A DNA stretch of 43,381 nucleotides from Candidatus Limnocylindrales bacterium (GTDB taxonomy: Bacteria > Verrucomicrobiota > Verrucomicrobiia > Limisphaerales > UBA8199). The DNA lies in contig DATJGF010000184.1 in the NCBI GenBank assembly GCA_035495315.1, positions 1 through 43,381 on the forward strand, in the 5' to 3' direction. The notes below the pieces were generated by a model. That model had not been told where the DNA came from. It searched no databases and saw only the letters and a list, made by a program, of their open reading frames with translations. The position numbers and the translations under genes are program-made. Positions 8,885 to 17,302 of this stretch are shown here, one piece after another (position 1 is the stretch's first letter; each line of letters starts with the position of its first letter).

Positions 8885-9637
8885 TTAGAGGGTCACCGCC
8901 CCGTTCAAAATGTTTCCACAGGGAACAAATCCTGCCTTCTGGAGCGTCTTGCGCGAGGCAACATTTGTCGCATTGCAACGAGCGGCCGGAATGTGGCCAC
9001 CTTCGTAACAGATCCTCTTCAGCTCTTGGACTATATAGGTTCCGAGGCCACGCCGACGAAAAGGCTCCTTCACCTCCATGTAAATGTCACCGTACGGTGG
9101 GTTGTAGTGAAACAGAATGCCGCCGGTGGCGGCAACTTTTCCGTCAAACTCGACGACTCCGTTTGAGTTCAATTGGTCGGCGCGGATATCCAGGCCGTCG
9201 GCGGCGGTTGCGCGGCGAAAGATTGCCCCAGTCGGGGCGTGGTTGGTTTTCTTGTTATCGTGATAGAGAATGCTTTCGCAGAGGACGTCTTTTGCGAACG
9301 TGTGCAACATGACGGTTAGCAGGACATCGTTGCTTTGCGTCTCAATCGCAACAGCGTGACTGGCAGTTACGAGTACGAGGAACAGGTCGAACAGCCGCAG
9401 TCTATACTGCGGCGAGACGTAAAACTCATAAATAGTTGGTTTATCTTTCCACGGTCCAGCTACCGCAATCGAACCGTAGCCGGCCGTTTCGTTATCGGCT
9501 TTGAGCAGGTATTCCAGGCTCCATCCCGGCCGGGAATGAATTGAATCGTGGATAATCTGGCAGTTCATCTCCTCGCGATACAAGCCCCGCAGTGGGAGGA
9601 AATGCTCGAGGGAAGTAGCTTCGGCGGATAATTCCAT
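8885..9637 (-). CDS. GNAT-family N-acetyltransferase.
   Basis: The C-terminal GNAT motif A/B region reads RRRGLGTYIVQELKRICYEGGHIPAARCNATNVASRKTLQKAGF. An ATG start at 9635-9637 was confirmed on the minus strand. Confidence 0.75.
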   Translation of the reverse strand: MELSAEATSLEHFLPLRGLYREEMNCQIIHDSIHSRPGWSLEYLLKADNETAGYGSIAVAGPWKDKPTIYEFYVSPQYRLRLFDLFLVLVTASHAVAIETQSNDVLLTVMLHTFAKDVLCESILYHDNKKTNHAPTGAIFRRATAADGLDIRADQLNSNGVVEFDGKVAATGGILFHYNPPYGDIYMEVKEPFRRRGLGTYIVQELKRICYEGGHIPAARCNATNVASRKTLQKAGFVPCGNILNGAVTL

Positions 9638-9734
9638 ACAGTCACAAATAATTCAGCCGCATCCCGAGAGTCTATTCGAAATACATACAAATTTTGAGGG
9701 CATGGTGTCATTTAGGTGAACATTACGTGGTTCT

Positions 9735-11153
9735 ATGGACAGAGATGATGAGCTAACGGCAGCGCGGACGAGATCTGGACGTCGGGTCCAATGGACCTGG
9801 TTGATTGGCGGCGCCTGTTTTGTCGTGCTTTTATTGGGAATTCTTTTGCCCCGAGTTTCAAACAAGCCAAGGAGGTGGGGGGGGAATTCGAGCGCTTTGA
9901 CGAAGGAACCTGGTCGCGCACCTTCGGCAGGGTTTTCCCGCGATATCAAAGCTGATACGAAACGCACCGCGGAGGAAATTGTATCCGATAAAGTGAATCA
10001 ATTTGCAAAGGACCGCCGCCGGATAGCCCATGCGATGGCTAAACGCTTCAAAGTGGACCTGCCGCCGGAGGTGGATCAGTTCTTCGAGGCGGTTGCGGGT
10101 GGACGCTGGACCGAACACTGCGCGCTGTTTGATAGAATCAAAGAACTGCGCGACTCGGGCCAATACGAAGGCCTGCGGACAGTCTTCGGCGCCATACTGG
10201 AAGCGCAATTGGTCGCCGAATGCGCCCATGGCTGGCCGGCGCAGAAGCTTCTGGATTATGGCCAATCGATTCTCGGTTCGCTTCAACCGGGCATGGTGTA
10301 CGTGGGCGGGACTGACCCCGGGCGCGGCATTCCCACGCTGCTCAACGAGACGAGCGAGGGCGACCGGCATATCATTTTGACTCAAAACGGATTGGCCGAC
10401 GCTACCTATCTGCAGTATGTCAATTTCCTCTATCACGATCAGCTGACGACCTTGACCTCAGAGGAGACGGACCGCGCCTTCTCAGAGTATCTCGCTGACG
10501 CGCAAAAACGGCTGCTCCACGACCAGCAATTCCCAGACGAGCCGAAACAGGTCAGGCCGGGCGAGGAGATCCAATTCGTCGATGGTTCGAACGGCAAGCG
10601 AGTTCAAGTCTCCGGCCAGATCGCCGTCATGGCGATCAACGAACGACTGTTGCAGTCCATCATGGATAAAAATCCTGACCTTTCATTTGCTTTGGAGGAA
10701 TCTTTTCCGTTGCGTACGACCTACGGAGGGGCCGTTCCCCTTGGTCCGATTATGGAACTCCGCGCCCAAAATGCGCAGAATGCGTTTACCGCGGAACTCG
10801 CCGCGCAAGCCGTCGATTACTGGCAGGCCATGACTCAGCAGATGATTTCCGATCCGGAAGCTCCAGCCGGCTCGGACCCGCGCAAAACGTATTCTCACAT
10901 GGCGTGGTCTGAGGCAAACCTTCTCGCGGATCACAACTTCAACGATCAAGCCGAACAAGCCTACCGGCTGGCGATGCAGCTAGAGCCCAGCAACCCGGAA
11001 GCCGTGTACGGGCTTTCGGAATTGCTGGCCAAAAACGGTCGCATGGATGAGGCGCGTCAGATGGTGGAACAGTTCCAGCGCGCCCACCCGGACTTGCAGT
11101 CTCCGCCTGTGCCGTGGGTTTTTATTGCACCGCAGCCCGCCACTCACCCTTGA
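9735..11153 (+). CDS. Membrane-anchored hypothetical protein with a C-terminal TPR-like repeat.
   Basis: It has an N-terminal TM helix WLIGGACFVVLLLGILL. The C-terminus AEQAYRLAMQLEPSNPEAVYGLSELLAKNGRMDEARQMVEQF is TPR-like. Confidence 0.55.
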   Translation: MDRDDELTAARTRSGRRVQWTWLIGGACFVVLLLGILLPRVSNKPRRWGGNSSALTKEPGRAPSAGFSRDIKADTKRTAEEIVSDKVNQFAKDRRRIAHAMAKRFKVDLPPEVDQFFEAVAGGRWTEHCALFDRIKELRDSGQYEGLRTVFGAILEAQLVAECAHGWPAQKLLDYGQSILGSLQPGMVYVGGTDPGRGIPTLLNETSEGDRHIILTQNGLADATYLQYVNFLYHDQLTTLTSEETDRAFSEYLADAQKRLLHDQQFPDEPKQVRPGEEIQFVDGSNGKRVQVSGQIAVMAINERLLQSIMDKNPDLSFALEESFPLRTTYGGAVPLGPIMELRAQNAQNAFTAELAAQAVDYWQAMTQQMISDPEAPAGSDPRKTYSHMAWSEANLLADHNFNDQAEQAYRLAMQLEPSNPEAVYGLSELLAKNGRMDEARQMVEQFQRAHPDLQSPPVPWVFIAPQPATHP

Positions 11154-11311
11154 ATGTTCGGGACGAGGCGAGCGGGTGGGCGAGGGGGGTGGCTTGGGGG
11201 TGTACGAGCGTCCCACCGTCCCAGAGCCGGTAAACACGGGCGATTCTCGCTCTTGCGAGCGTCCCACAGCCGTCCCAGAAGGTCCCAAGCGTCCCAAGGC
11301 CGCACGGTTTT
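11154..11311. repeat. Convergent-gene spacer holding six copies of GTCCCA(R) plus a G-run tract (GGGTGGGCGAGGGGGGTGGCTTGGGGG). It may act as a bidirectional terminator structure or a G-quadruplex motif.
   Basis: The sequence contains cgtcccacc, gtcccagag, cgtcccacag, cgtcccagaa, ggtcccaag and cgtcccaagg, preceded by a run of G-tracts. The complementary G-rich and C-rich halves can pair with each other. Confidence 0.4.
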
Positions 11312-12370
11312 CTAGCCAATATACTCTCGCATCATCTGCAAATAGCGGCGGCAGGTCTCTTTCATATCGCCGGGATGTTTGTCCTGTTCGATGGAGGCGA
11401 ACCCATCGAAATTGACGGCCTTAAGGGCATCGACGATGCCTTTGTAATCCATGACGCCCTGGCCGGCATGGGGGAACTGGCGCATCATGCCGTCGATGTC
11501 GCGCATGTGCAGGTTTAATAATTGGTGGCGGACTTTGTAAATGGCTACCGGTGGGTACTCCCGCTGCAGTTGTGTCCAGCCGGCATCGAGGTTGTAGCCC
11601 AGGGCCGGGTCGCGAATTTCGTCCCAGAGGCGACGAAAAGATGCGGCTTCGGGTATGAGTGTATGCGTGTGTTGTTCGATCGAGAATTTTAAACCGTGGG
11701 CCTTGGCGCGCTGCAGACAGGCCTTAGTGGTTTCGACGTACTGGGCCCATACCCGGTCGAAATCGAAGCCCTCGGCGATGTCGATGTGAAATTTCTCGCC
11801 GGGTTTGGGGTCGGGGATCTCGTAATAACGGGGCAGGTAATCGGAGGGGCCTCTTAATTCTCGGGCCCAGGGGGCGACGATATTGATCAGACGGGCATTG
11901 ATGCGCTGGCCGATCCTGCAACCGGCTTCGAAATGATCCAGCGCTTGTTCGCGTTCGTCGGTTTTGGTGCTCGAAAGGCCTTCGACGACCGGCTGGAACA
12001 GAACGAATTGCGACACCTGCAATTTATTTTTCTCGAGCTTCTGCTTGTAACGATCGACCCGGTCGTTGGTCCAAAAATCCTTCAAGTCTTTGCTGGCGGT
12101 GACAATCATTTCGATACCGTCGAAGCCCAATTCGCCGATGATGTCGATAGCGGGTTCGGGGTCGACGGCGGGCGAGAAATCATGGAAACACCAGCTTAAG
12201 CAGCCGACCTTGATTTTGCTTTTGCCAGGTGCAGGTGCGTCAGCCCCGGCAACGGCCAAGGGCATAGCCGCGGCCGCGAGCGCGGTCGTTTGAAGAAATT
12301 GACGGCGATTAATGGGGAATTCGTCGGTGTTCATGATTTCGATCTTGAGTCGGTTAGTGTGGGGAGTCAA
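11312..12370 (-). CDS. Sugar phosphate isomerase/epimerase (xylose-isomerase-like TIM barrel) with a Tat signal peptide.
   Basis: A twin-arginine motif NRRQFLQTTALAAAAMPLAVAG is present. Protein family similarity is to the AP-endonuclease-2/xylose-isomerase-like fold. An alternative start MNTDEF lies at 12334. Confidence 0.75.
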   Translation of the reverse strand: MTPHTNRLKIEIMNTDEFPINRRQFLQTTALAAAAMPLAVAGADAPAPGKSKIKVGCLSWCFHDFSPAVDPEPAIDIIGELGFDGIEMIVTASKDLKDFWTNDRVDRYKQKLEKNKLQVSQFVLFQPVVEGLSSTKTDEREQALDHFEAGCRIGQRINARLINIVAPWARELRGPSDYLPRYYEIPDPKPGEKFHIDIAEGFDFDRVWAQYVETTKACLQRAKAHGLKFSIEQHTHTLIPEAASFRRLWDEIRDPALGYNLDAGWTQLQREYPPVAIYKVRHQLLNLHMRDIDGMMRQFPHAGQGVMDYKGIVDALKAVNFDGFASIEQDKHPGDMKETCRRYLQMMREYIG

Positions 12371-12457
12371 ACACGAGTTTGATGAGTCGGGTATTGTGCC
12401 CCTTCAGGGTTTGAGTACTAATAAGTAGTAACAGCCTTTCAGGCTCAGCGAGGTGCT

Positions 12458-12494
12458 AGATCAGTTCAAAAGTGTAGCCTCCTACCCATGAACC
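12458..12494. repeat. Copy A of a dispersed repeat of about 40 bp, AGATCAGTT(T)CA(G)AAAAGTGTAGCCTCCTNNCCATGAACC.
   Basis: It matches 23397-23437 at roughly 37 of 41 positions. The AAGTGTAGCC core at 12470-12479 is also present as an inverted copy at 12689-12698, about 220 bp away. Confidence 0.6.
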
Positions 12495-12506
12495 GCAGCG
12501 TGAAAA

Positions 12507-12545
12507 GGCCTCCTCTCCCTCTCCTCGGGGGAGGAGAGGGAGAGG
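12507..12545. repeat. Perfect polypyrimidine/polypurine hairpin CCTCTCCCTCTCCTC-GGGG-GAGGAGAGGGAGAGG. On the minus strand it is followed by TTTT, so it may terminate the upstream minus-strand gene.
   Basis: The stem is 15 bp with no mismatches. It is a mirror-repeat Pu/Py tract and so could form H-DNA. A related hairpin occurs at 20178-20203. Confidence 0.5.
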
Positions 12546-12712
12546 ACGCCGAGGCCGTGCGGGGTTCCTGGGTTATTCCTGGGTTTAAAGCGCGAACAGT
12601 TTTGCTTTCGGCGAAATTTCTTCCCGGCCTTCTTTTCCAGAGCTTCGAGAGGGGGAGGGGGAGAAATGGTCGCGACCGCACAAAGTTCGGCTACACTTCA
12701 ACTTAAATCGCT

Positions 12713-13153
12713 CTAGGCTTTCTTCGGGACCTCGGACATCAAGCTGAGGACGTTCTGCTCGGAATCCTTGAACGCAGCGATCCACAAATCGTACGAGGGC
12801 ATCTGTGCGACGAGGGTAGGCTGGTTTACGAATTGAACGCCGCGAGCGACGAGTGTTTGATGAGCCTGTTGGATGTCAGATACTTTGAAGTAGAGGATCG
12901 AACTGGGATGGTCCAAATCCGCTGAGGAGGGGATCGACACCATTAAGCGGATCCCGCCGCAGTCAAAAAACGCCATGTTCGGCACAGTGAACAGATGCTT
13001 AATGCCGAGGGTATCGCGGTAAAACGCCTCGGCACGCTTGACGTCATGGGCATTAATGGAGATTTGGGTGATCTGGTCCAGGTGGAGGTCTGGGATGCTC
13101 ATGGGTCTATTATCAGCTTCCGATTGGCGGTTCACAATCCCCGATTTCTGCAT
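12713..13153 (-). CDS. Glyoxalase/bleomycin-resistance/VOC-family protein.
   Basis: It has the VOC fold pattern INAHDVKRAEAFYRDTLG…GIRLMV. A likely start MSIPDLHL lies at 13102. Confidence 0.65.
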   Translation of the reverse strand: MQKSGIVNRQSEADNRPMSIPDLHLDQITQISINAHDVKRAEAFYRDTLGIKHLFTVPNMAFFDCGGIRLMVSIPSSADLDHPSSILYFKVSDIQQAHQTLVARGVQFVNQPTLVAQMPSYDLWIAAFKDSEQNVLSLMSEVPKKA

Positions 13154-13232
13154 CGCGGTTGCATAACCGCGGTTGCTGCCAACACGTTGGCCTAGTAAAG
13201 GCCGGTAAACTCTAGCGTCATTGAGACACGGC

Positions 13233-14087
13233 CTATTCGGGTTTCAGGTCCACGCGCTTTCGTATTTCGGAGATCATTTCTTCCCAGTAGCGGCGCAGAA
13301 ACGGCGGATCCTTTACGCTGTCCAGGATATAACTGCGGTCCGCGCGCTCGAGGTCGAGCACTGCGGTGATCATCTCTTCCTGGTACCATCCGGCCTCAGC
13401 CAAAGGCATCCCGGAGGGCTCGCGAATAAACGACATGCCACTGGAACTTTGTTTCCCATCTGGGGATTGGCCGATGGTGTTGGCGACGCAATGGAAGATT
13501 TTGCTGTTAGGGCCGACCGGTTGCTGGGCGCGGCCGGAGGTGCGTTTCCAAATCACCGCTTCGATCTCATCGGAACTGCAGGAAGGATGAAATAAGATTT
13601 GGGCGCCGGCCATCGCGGGCAAGCGATAGAGTTCCGGATGCCGGCCATCGCGACAAATGACCAACGTGCAGGGCACGCCATCAATCTCGAATAGAGAAAG
13701 TTTATCGCCGCCCCGGCAATACTTTTGTTCATCGCGCCCAGCCATGTGGACCTTGGCGTATTCGTGAACAATTTCGCCTTGAGGTGAAATGACGTGAGCC
13801 AGGTTCAGGTAACGGTCGGCGGTTTTTCGCAAAGTTCCGGCGATGACCCAGATGTTCGCTGCCCGCGCAGCCTGGCAGGTCTTATCAAGGGCTTGCTGCA
13901 CTGCCTCCGGTGCCAATTTGATTACATCAGGGAAGTAATAACCGGTCAGGTTGGTTTCTGGAAACAAGACAACCCGGGAACCTTCGGCGGCTGCAGCTTG
14001 GATGTAATGCAGGGTTCGCTCCAGATTTCTTTCCAAGGACTTAGCCCAGTGGAGTTGCACACAGGACACTTGCAGGGTTTCGGCCAT
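13233..14087 (-). CDS. Carbon-nitrogen hydrolase (nitrilase superfamily amidohydrolase).
   Basis: The Glu-Lys-Cys triad context is present: VVLFPE (Glu), KVHMAG (Lys) and TLVICRDGRHPE (Cys). The protein is 284 aa. Confidence 0.85.
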   Translation of the reverse strand: MAETLQVSCVQLHWAKSLERNLERTLHYIQAAAAEGSRVVLFPETNLTGYYFPDVIKLAPEAVQQALDKTCQAARAANIWVIAGTLRKTADRYLNLAHVISPQGEIVHEYAKVHMAGRDEQKYCRGGDKLSLFEIDGVPCTLVICRDGRHPELYRLPAMAGAQILFHPSCSSDEIEAVIWKRTSGRAQQPVGPNSKIFHCVANTIGQSPDGKQSSSGMSFIREPSGMPLAEAGWYQEEMITAVLDLERADRSYILDSVKDPPFLRRYWEEMISEIRKRVDLKPE

Positions 14088-14166
14088 TTTAGAATAGGGT
14101 GCGTTTTCGGTTTAAAACTAAACGGAAGGAGAGTCAAGAGCGATTGAAGATTGGGGTTGAGGTTAC

Positions 14167-14415
14167 TTGGGTTGTGTGGTGAGAACGCCCACGGACGCGC
14201 AAAAGGAAAGAAAGCTCGAGGCCGAGGCCAAAGTCACGCGGGCGGAGGCTGAAAAGATCGCCTTGACAAAGATGGGTGGAGGAACCAACAAGGAAGGGGA
14301 GATCGAAAAAGAAAAAGGAAAGCTTACATGGCCCTTCGATATCGCGACTCCTGGAACACCGGATATCACCGAGGTACAGGTGGACGCGTTGAACGGCGAG
14401 ACTGTTAGCGATTGA
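14167..14415 (+). CDS. Small PepSY-domain protein. The start is uncertain because no in-frame ATG occurs before residue 36.
   Basis: The PepSY-like pattern is AEAEKIALTKMGGG…ITEVQVDALNGETV. The ORF track begins at a TTG codon. Confidence 0.4.
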   Translation: MGCVVRTPTDAQKERKLEAEAKVTRAEAEKIALTKMGGGTNKEGEIEKEKGKLTWPFDIATPGTPDITEVQVDALNGETVSD

Positions 14416-14504
14416 GAAGGAGAGCGCGGCTGAACAAGCCAAGGAGAAAGACTGATTCTCGAGCGAGCCCAGTTTTGCGGAAAGGCGACTGAGTGGCCGA
14501 TTTT

Positions 14505-14867
14505 ATGAAGGTATCGTGCTACTTTATATTGATTGGTGCAGCTTCACTACTGGTCAGTTGTGCTTCTTATGCGGCCAGGACAGAAGCCAAATCAGGCGGA
14601 GATTTCCTGTTTCGATTGCATCAAAAGGGCCAGCTTCCGGGTGATGCCAAGGATGAGCACGGGAAGATCACTTGCTATCTATCTCCGACCGATTTAGAGC
14701 AGACGATCTATCCACGTTTCCGGACCTATCAAGTCGTTAAGAACGGCGATTTGTCCACGAACAATTACACGATTAAGCGCCTCACGAAACATTCGCCTTG
14801 GCAGCTTCAACGGGCGTGGCGGACTGATTCGCAAGGCCGTGTAACCGAGGAGTGGGTCGTCGAATGA
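14505..14867 (+). CDS. Lipoprotein of unknown function.
   Basis: A signal peptide with a lipobox, MKVSCYFILIGAASLLVSCAS, is present. The ATG at 14505 is downstream of a GTG at 14493. The stop overlaps the next gene's start (ATGA). Confidence 0.55.
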   Translation: MKVSCYFILIGAASLLVSCASYAARTEAKSGGDFLFRLHQKGQLPGDAKDEHGKITCYLSPTDLEQTIYPRFRTYQVVKNGDLSTNNYTIKRLTKHSPWQLQRAWRTDSQGRVTEEWVVE

Positions 14868-15454
14868 ATTCCGGGTTGCGTAACGGGGGGTCAGGGCAGC
14901 GAGGGCGGCGAAAGCCAGTCGGCAGTCAGGCTTGGTGGTGGGTTGCGTTGTTTGTACTGTGCTTTGCCCAAGGCATCGACGCTTACGCGGGGGATGCTAT
15001 CAAAGCGGCAGGCGATATCTTGCAGTACGTCATACCGGCGACGGCCGGGGGATTGACCCTGGGCTACCGGGATTACAAGGGCACGCTTCAATTCGGCGAG
15101 TCTGTTGCCCTCACGGAAGGGTTGACGTACGGCCTTAAGTACACCGTGAATGAAACGCGACCCGACGGCGGGAGCCAGTCCTTTCCTTCCGGGCATGCGT
15201 CGATCTCATTTTGCGGCGCGGAATTCATCCGAAAGCGGTATGGATGGGAATTGGGAATTCCAGCCTATGCCGCCGCCTCCTTTGTCGCCTACAGCCGGGT
15301 CGAAGCCAACGAGCATTATCCCCACGACGTAATCGCCGGCGCGGCCATCGGTATGCTCAGCAGCTTCATCTTCACCAAACCCTACAAAGGTTGGGAGGTC
15401 AAGACCGAAGCCGGCCCAGGACTCCACGGCCTATTCCTTAGCAAGAGTTGGTGA
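14864..15454 (+). CDS. PAP2-superfamily phosphatase (phosphatidic-acid-phosphatase type 2 / undecaprenyl-diphosphatase-like).
   Basis: The three PAP2 motifs are present: KYTVNETRPDG (KxxxxxxRP), PSGHAS and SRVEANEHYPHDV (SRxxxxxHxxxD). The gene has a 4-nt ATGA overlap with the upstream lipoprotein gene. Confidence 0.8.
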   Translation: MNSGLRNGGSGQRGRRKPVGSQAWWWVALFVLCFAQGIDAYAGDAIKAAGDILQYVIPATAGGLTLGYRDYKGTLQFGESVALTEGLTYGLKYTVNETRPDGGSQSFPSGHASISFCGAEFIRKRYGWELGIPAYAAASFVAYSRVEANEHYPHDVIAGAAIGMLSSFIFTKPYKGWEVKTEAGPGLHGLFLSKSW

Positions 15455-15634
15455 CCAGGGTTGGGGAATCTCCTTCTTGGATCCTCTTTCCGCGCCTGAC
15501 TTTGTGCCGGCCCCTAGCCCAATTACGTGCAGGTTCCGTCTTTTTCATACGCGGGGAGGTCTGGCGAAAAGACTGGAGTGTGCACATCCAGCCCGGCGGG
15601 TCCGGAGCCAGCGCGCTGAAGTATCCAACAAACG

Positions 15635-16516
15635 CTACATCTTACTCAATAGCCAAGCATGAACCTCCGGGATACGCCGAACCGAAAGAGTAAGATGACC
15701 ATCCTCAGGCAGGAACAAGGCCTCGACATTCGGAATCCTTCTGGCCAGCCACTTACTGTGTGATACGGGAACCATTCGGTCGTGCTCGCCGTGCATCAGC
15801 AGAACAGGAATGTGGATCTGACTCAGTTCAAAACCCCAGGGGGTGATGAATGCGACATCATCATCAACAAGGCCATCCCTGCTCTCCCCCATTCCCTCAT
15901 GAACGCTGCGGAGAACGAAACTGGCAAATTGGGTTGTTAACACCGCGGCATCAACCGGGCATAAGACTGAATGCCAGGTCCGCACCATGACTTCTGGGTC
16001 TCCGCGTAGTAGTTCGGAGGTCTCTGCCTCCACAACCCGCTCACATGCCTCCCGGCTTTCGAGTGCGGCGCGTGTCTCCGCAACGTTGGTTTCCCCCATC
16101 CCGACATAATAGTCCAGCCCTTCGGCCGGGAAGGGTGCCAACGAGGCCAACACGGCTGCAGCCTCAACCAGCCCCGGCAGCAGAGCGGCACACGCCAGAG
16201 CATGTGGCCCACCTCCTGACACGCCCCAAATTAACAGGCGATTCAGGCCGAGAGCTTCTGCAATCGCAGCGACATCGTCCGCCGCGCTGGCCACCGTACG
16301 GCCTCGATGGGGAGTTGACGCTCCGTAGCCCGGTCGCTCGTAGCCGATCAGCCGAATGCCGCGCGACTGGGCGTCTTCGACCCAACCGTCATACAGAAGT
16401 CGGGAGTGTGGTGAGCCCCTGAGCACCAGAACCGGGACGCCATCCGGTTGACCCGCTTCGCTGACGCCAAGCTTGCGTCCATCTGCTGTTGAAATGATAC
16501 GCCTACTATCGTTCAT
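15635..16516 (-). CDS. Alpha/beta-fold hydrolase.
   Basis: A nucleophile elbow GVSGGG is present, along with PVLVLRGSP and a C-terminal histidine (PEDGHL). Confidence 0.8.
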   Translation of the reverse strand: MNDSRRIISTADGRKLGVSEAGQPDGVPVLVLRGSPHSRLLYDGWVEDAQSRGIRLIGYERPGYGASTPHRGRTVASAADDVAAIAEALGLNRLLIWGVSGGGPHALACAALLPGLVEAAAVLASLAPFPAEGLDYYVGMGETNVAETRAALESREACERVVEAETSELLRGDPEVMVRTWHSVLCPVDAAVLTTQFASFVLRSVHEGMGESRDGLVDDDVAFITPWGFELSQIHIPVLLMHGEHDRMVPVSHSKWLARRIPNVEALFLPEDGHLTLSVRRIPEVHAWLLSKM

Positions 16517-16914
16517 GCGGGACCTTGGAGCGCTGTGCGCCTAACGAAAAACTCACCGGTGCCGCGCTGCCGAAGTTCAGTATGCCGAACGACAAAGATA
16601 TGGGACCGCCGCTGCGAGTAAACATTGAGCGTGGTGTCTGAAACAAACACTAGCTGAGAATCACGAATGACTCGAATCTTGGCATCCTTAATCGCATGGC
16701 CATCACCGGAGTCAACCAGGTGAAAGCGAAACCGAACGTTCGCAGTACCATCCCAAATCACCCCTGGCAATAGGCCACGAGAAGGATTCCCGCGACAGCG
16801 CCAAGGACGGACATTGTTTTCATGCGCCCGGAGGATGTCTAACTTCCAGTAGTGTATCCTCACCCACGCCGCTTGGATAGTCTTTGACCACGCTTTATTC
16901 AGCGGATGGAACAA
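16513..16914 (-). CDS. Hypothetical protein (doubtful). It has a TTG start, no in-frame ATG, and a stop that overlaps the hydrolase start.
   Basis: Support is the translational-coupling geometry only. I recognised no motif. Confidence 0.25.
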   Translation of the reverse strand: MFHPLNKAWSKTIQAAWVRIHYWKLDILRAHENNVRPWRCRGNPSRGLLPGVIWDGTANVRFRFHLVDSGDGHAIKDAKIRVIRDSQLVFVSDTTLNVYSQRRSHIFVVRHTELRQRGTGEFFVRRTALQGPA

Positions 16915-17302
16915 TTGCCAGACAAGTCAGGATTTAGGTCGCCTTTCCAACGCGAGCCTGTATCCACCGCCACGACCGCCAGGCACCATAAACCGCTGAA
17001 TGAAGCGGTTCAGATCGTTTCGCTCGCGCCACTCCCAGCTGAAGCTGGGAGTTAATGAGAGAGGATACGACGGCAAATGAATGAGAGCAGAGACGACGGA
17101 AACTGCATGGATCCGATAAATCCAATGTTCCGGGCAAAGTGTCAGAATGCGAATGTTTGGAAGTTGACCAAAGCTACAACATGGTAGCGATTCCACGTGC
17201 CGGGTTTGCGTTCAGCTATTGGCCTGCGGTAAATGTGTTTACTTCCACCTGTCATTGGGTCGTTTTGCTTTCTCTTAAATCCATTCGCGATAACATAAGC
17301 GC

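Noticed and set aside
9653-9967. Minus-strand ORFs of 104 and 62 aa overlapping the start of the TPR protein gene.
   Set aside because: They are antisense to, or overlap, a better-supported gene, and they have no motifs.
16927-17196. An 89-aa minus-strand ORF in the 390-bp divergent spacer before the kinase gene.
   Set aside because: It has no homolog features. The region instead contains two perfect small hairpins (16991-17010 and 17032-17051), which are more likely regulatory.
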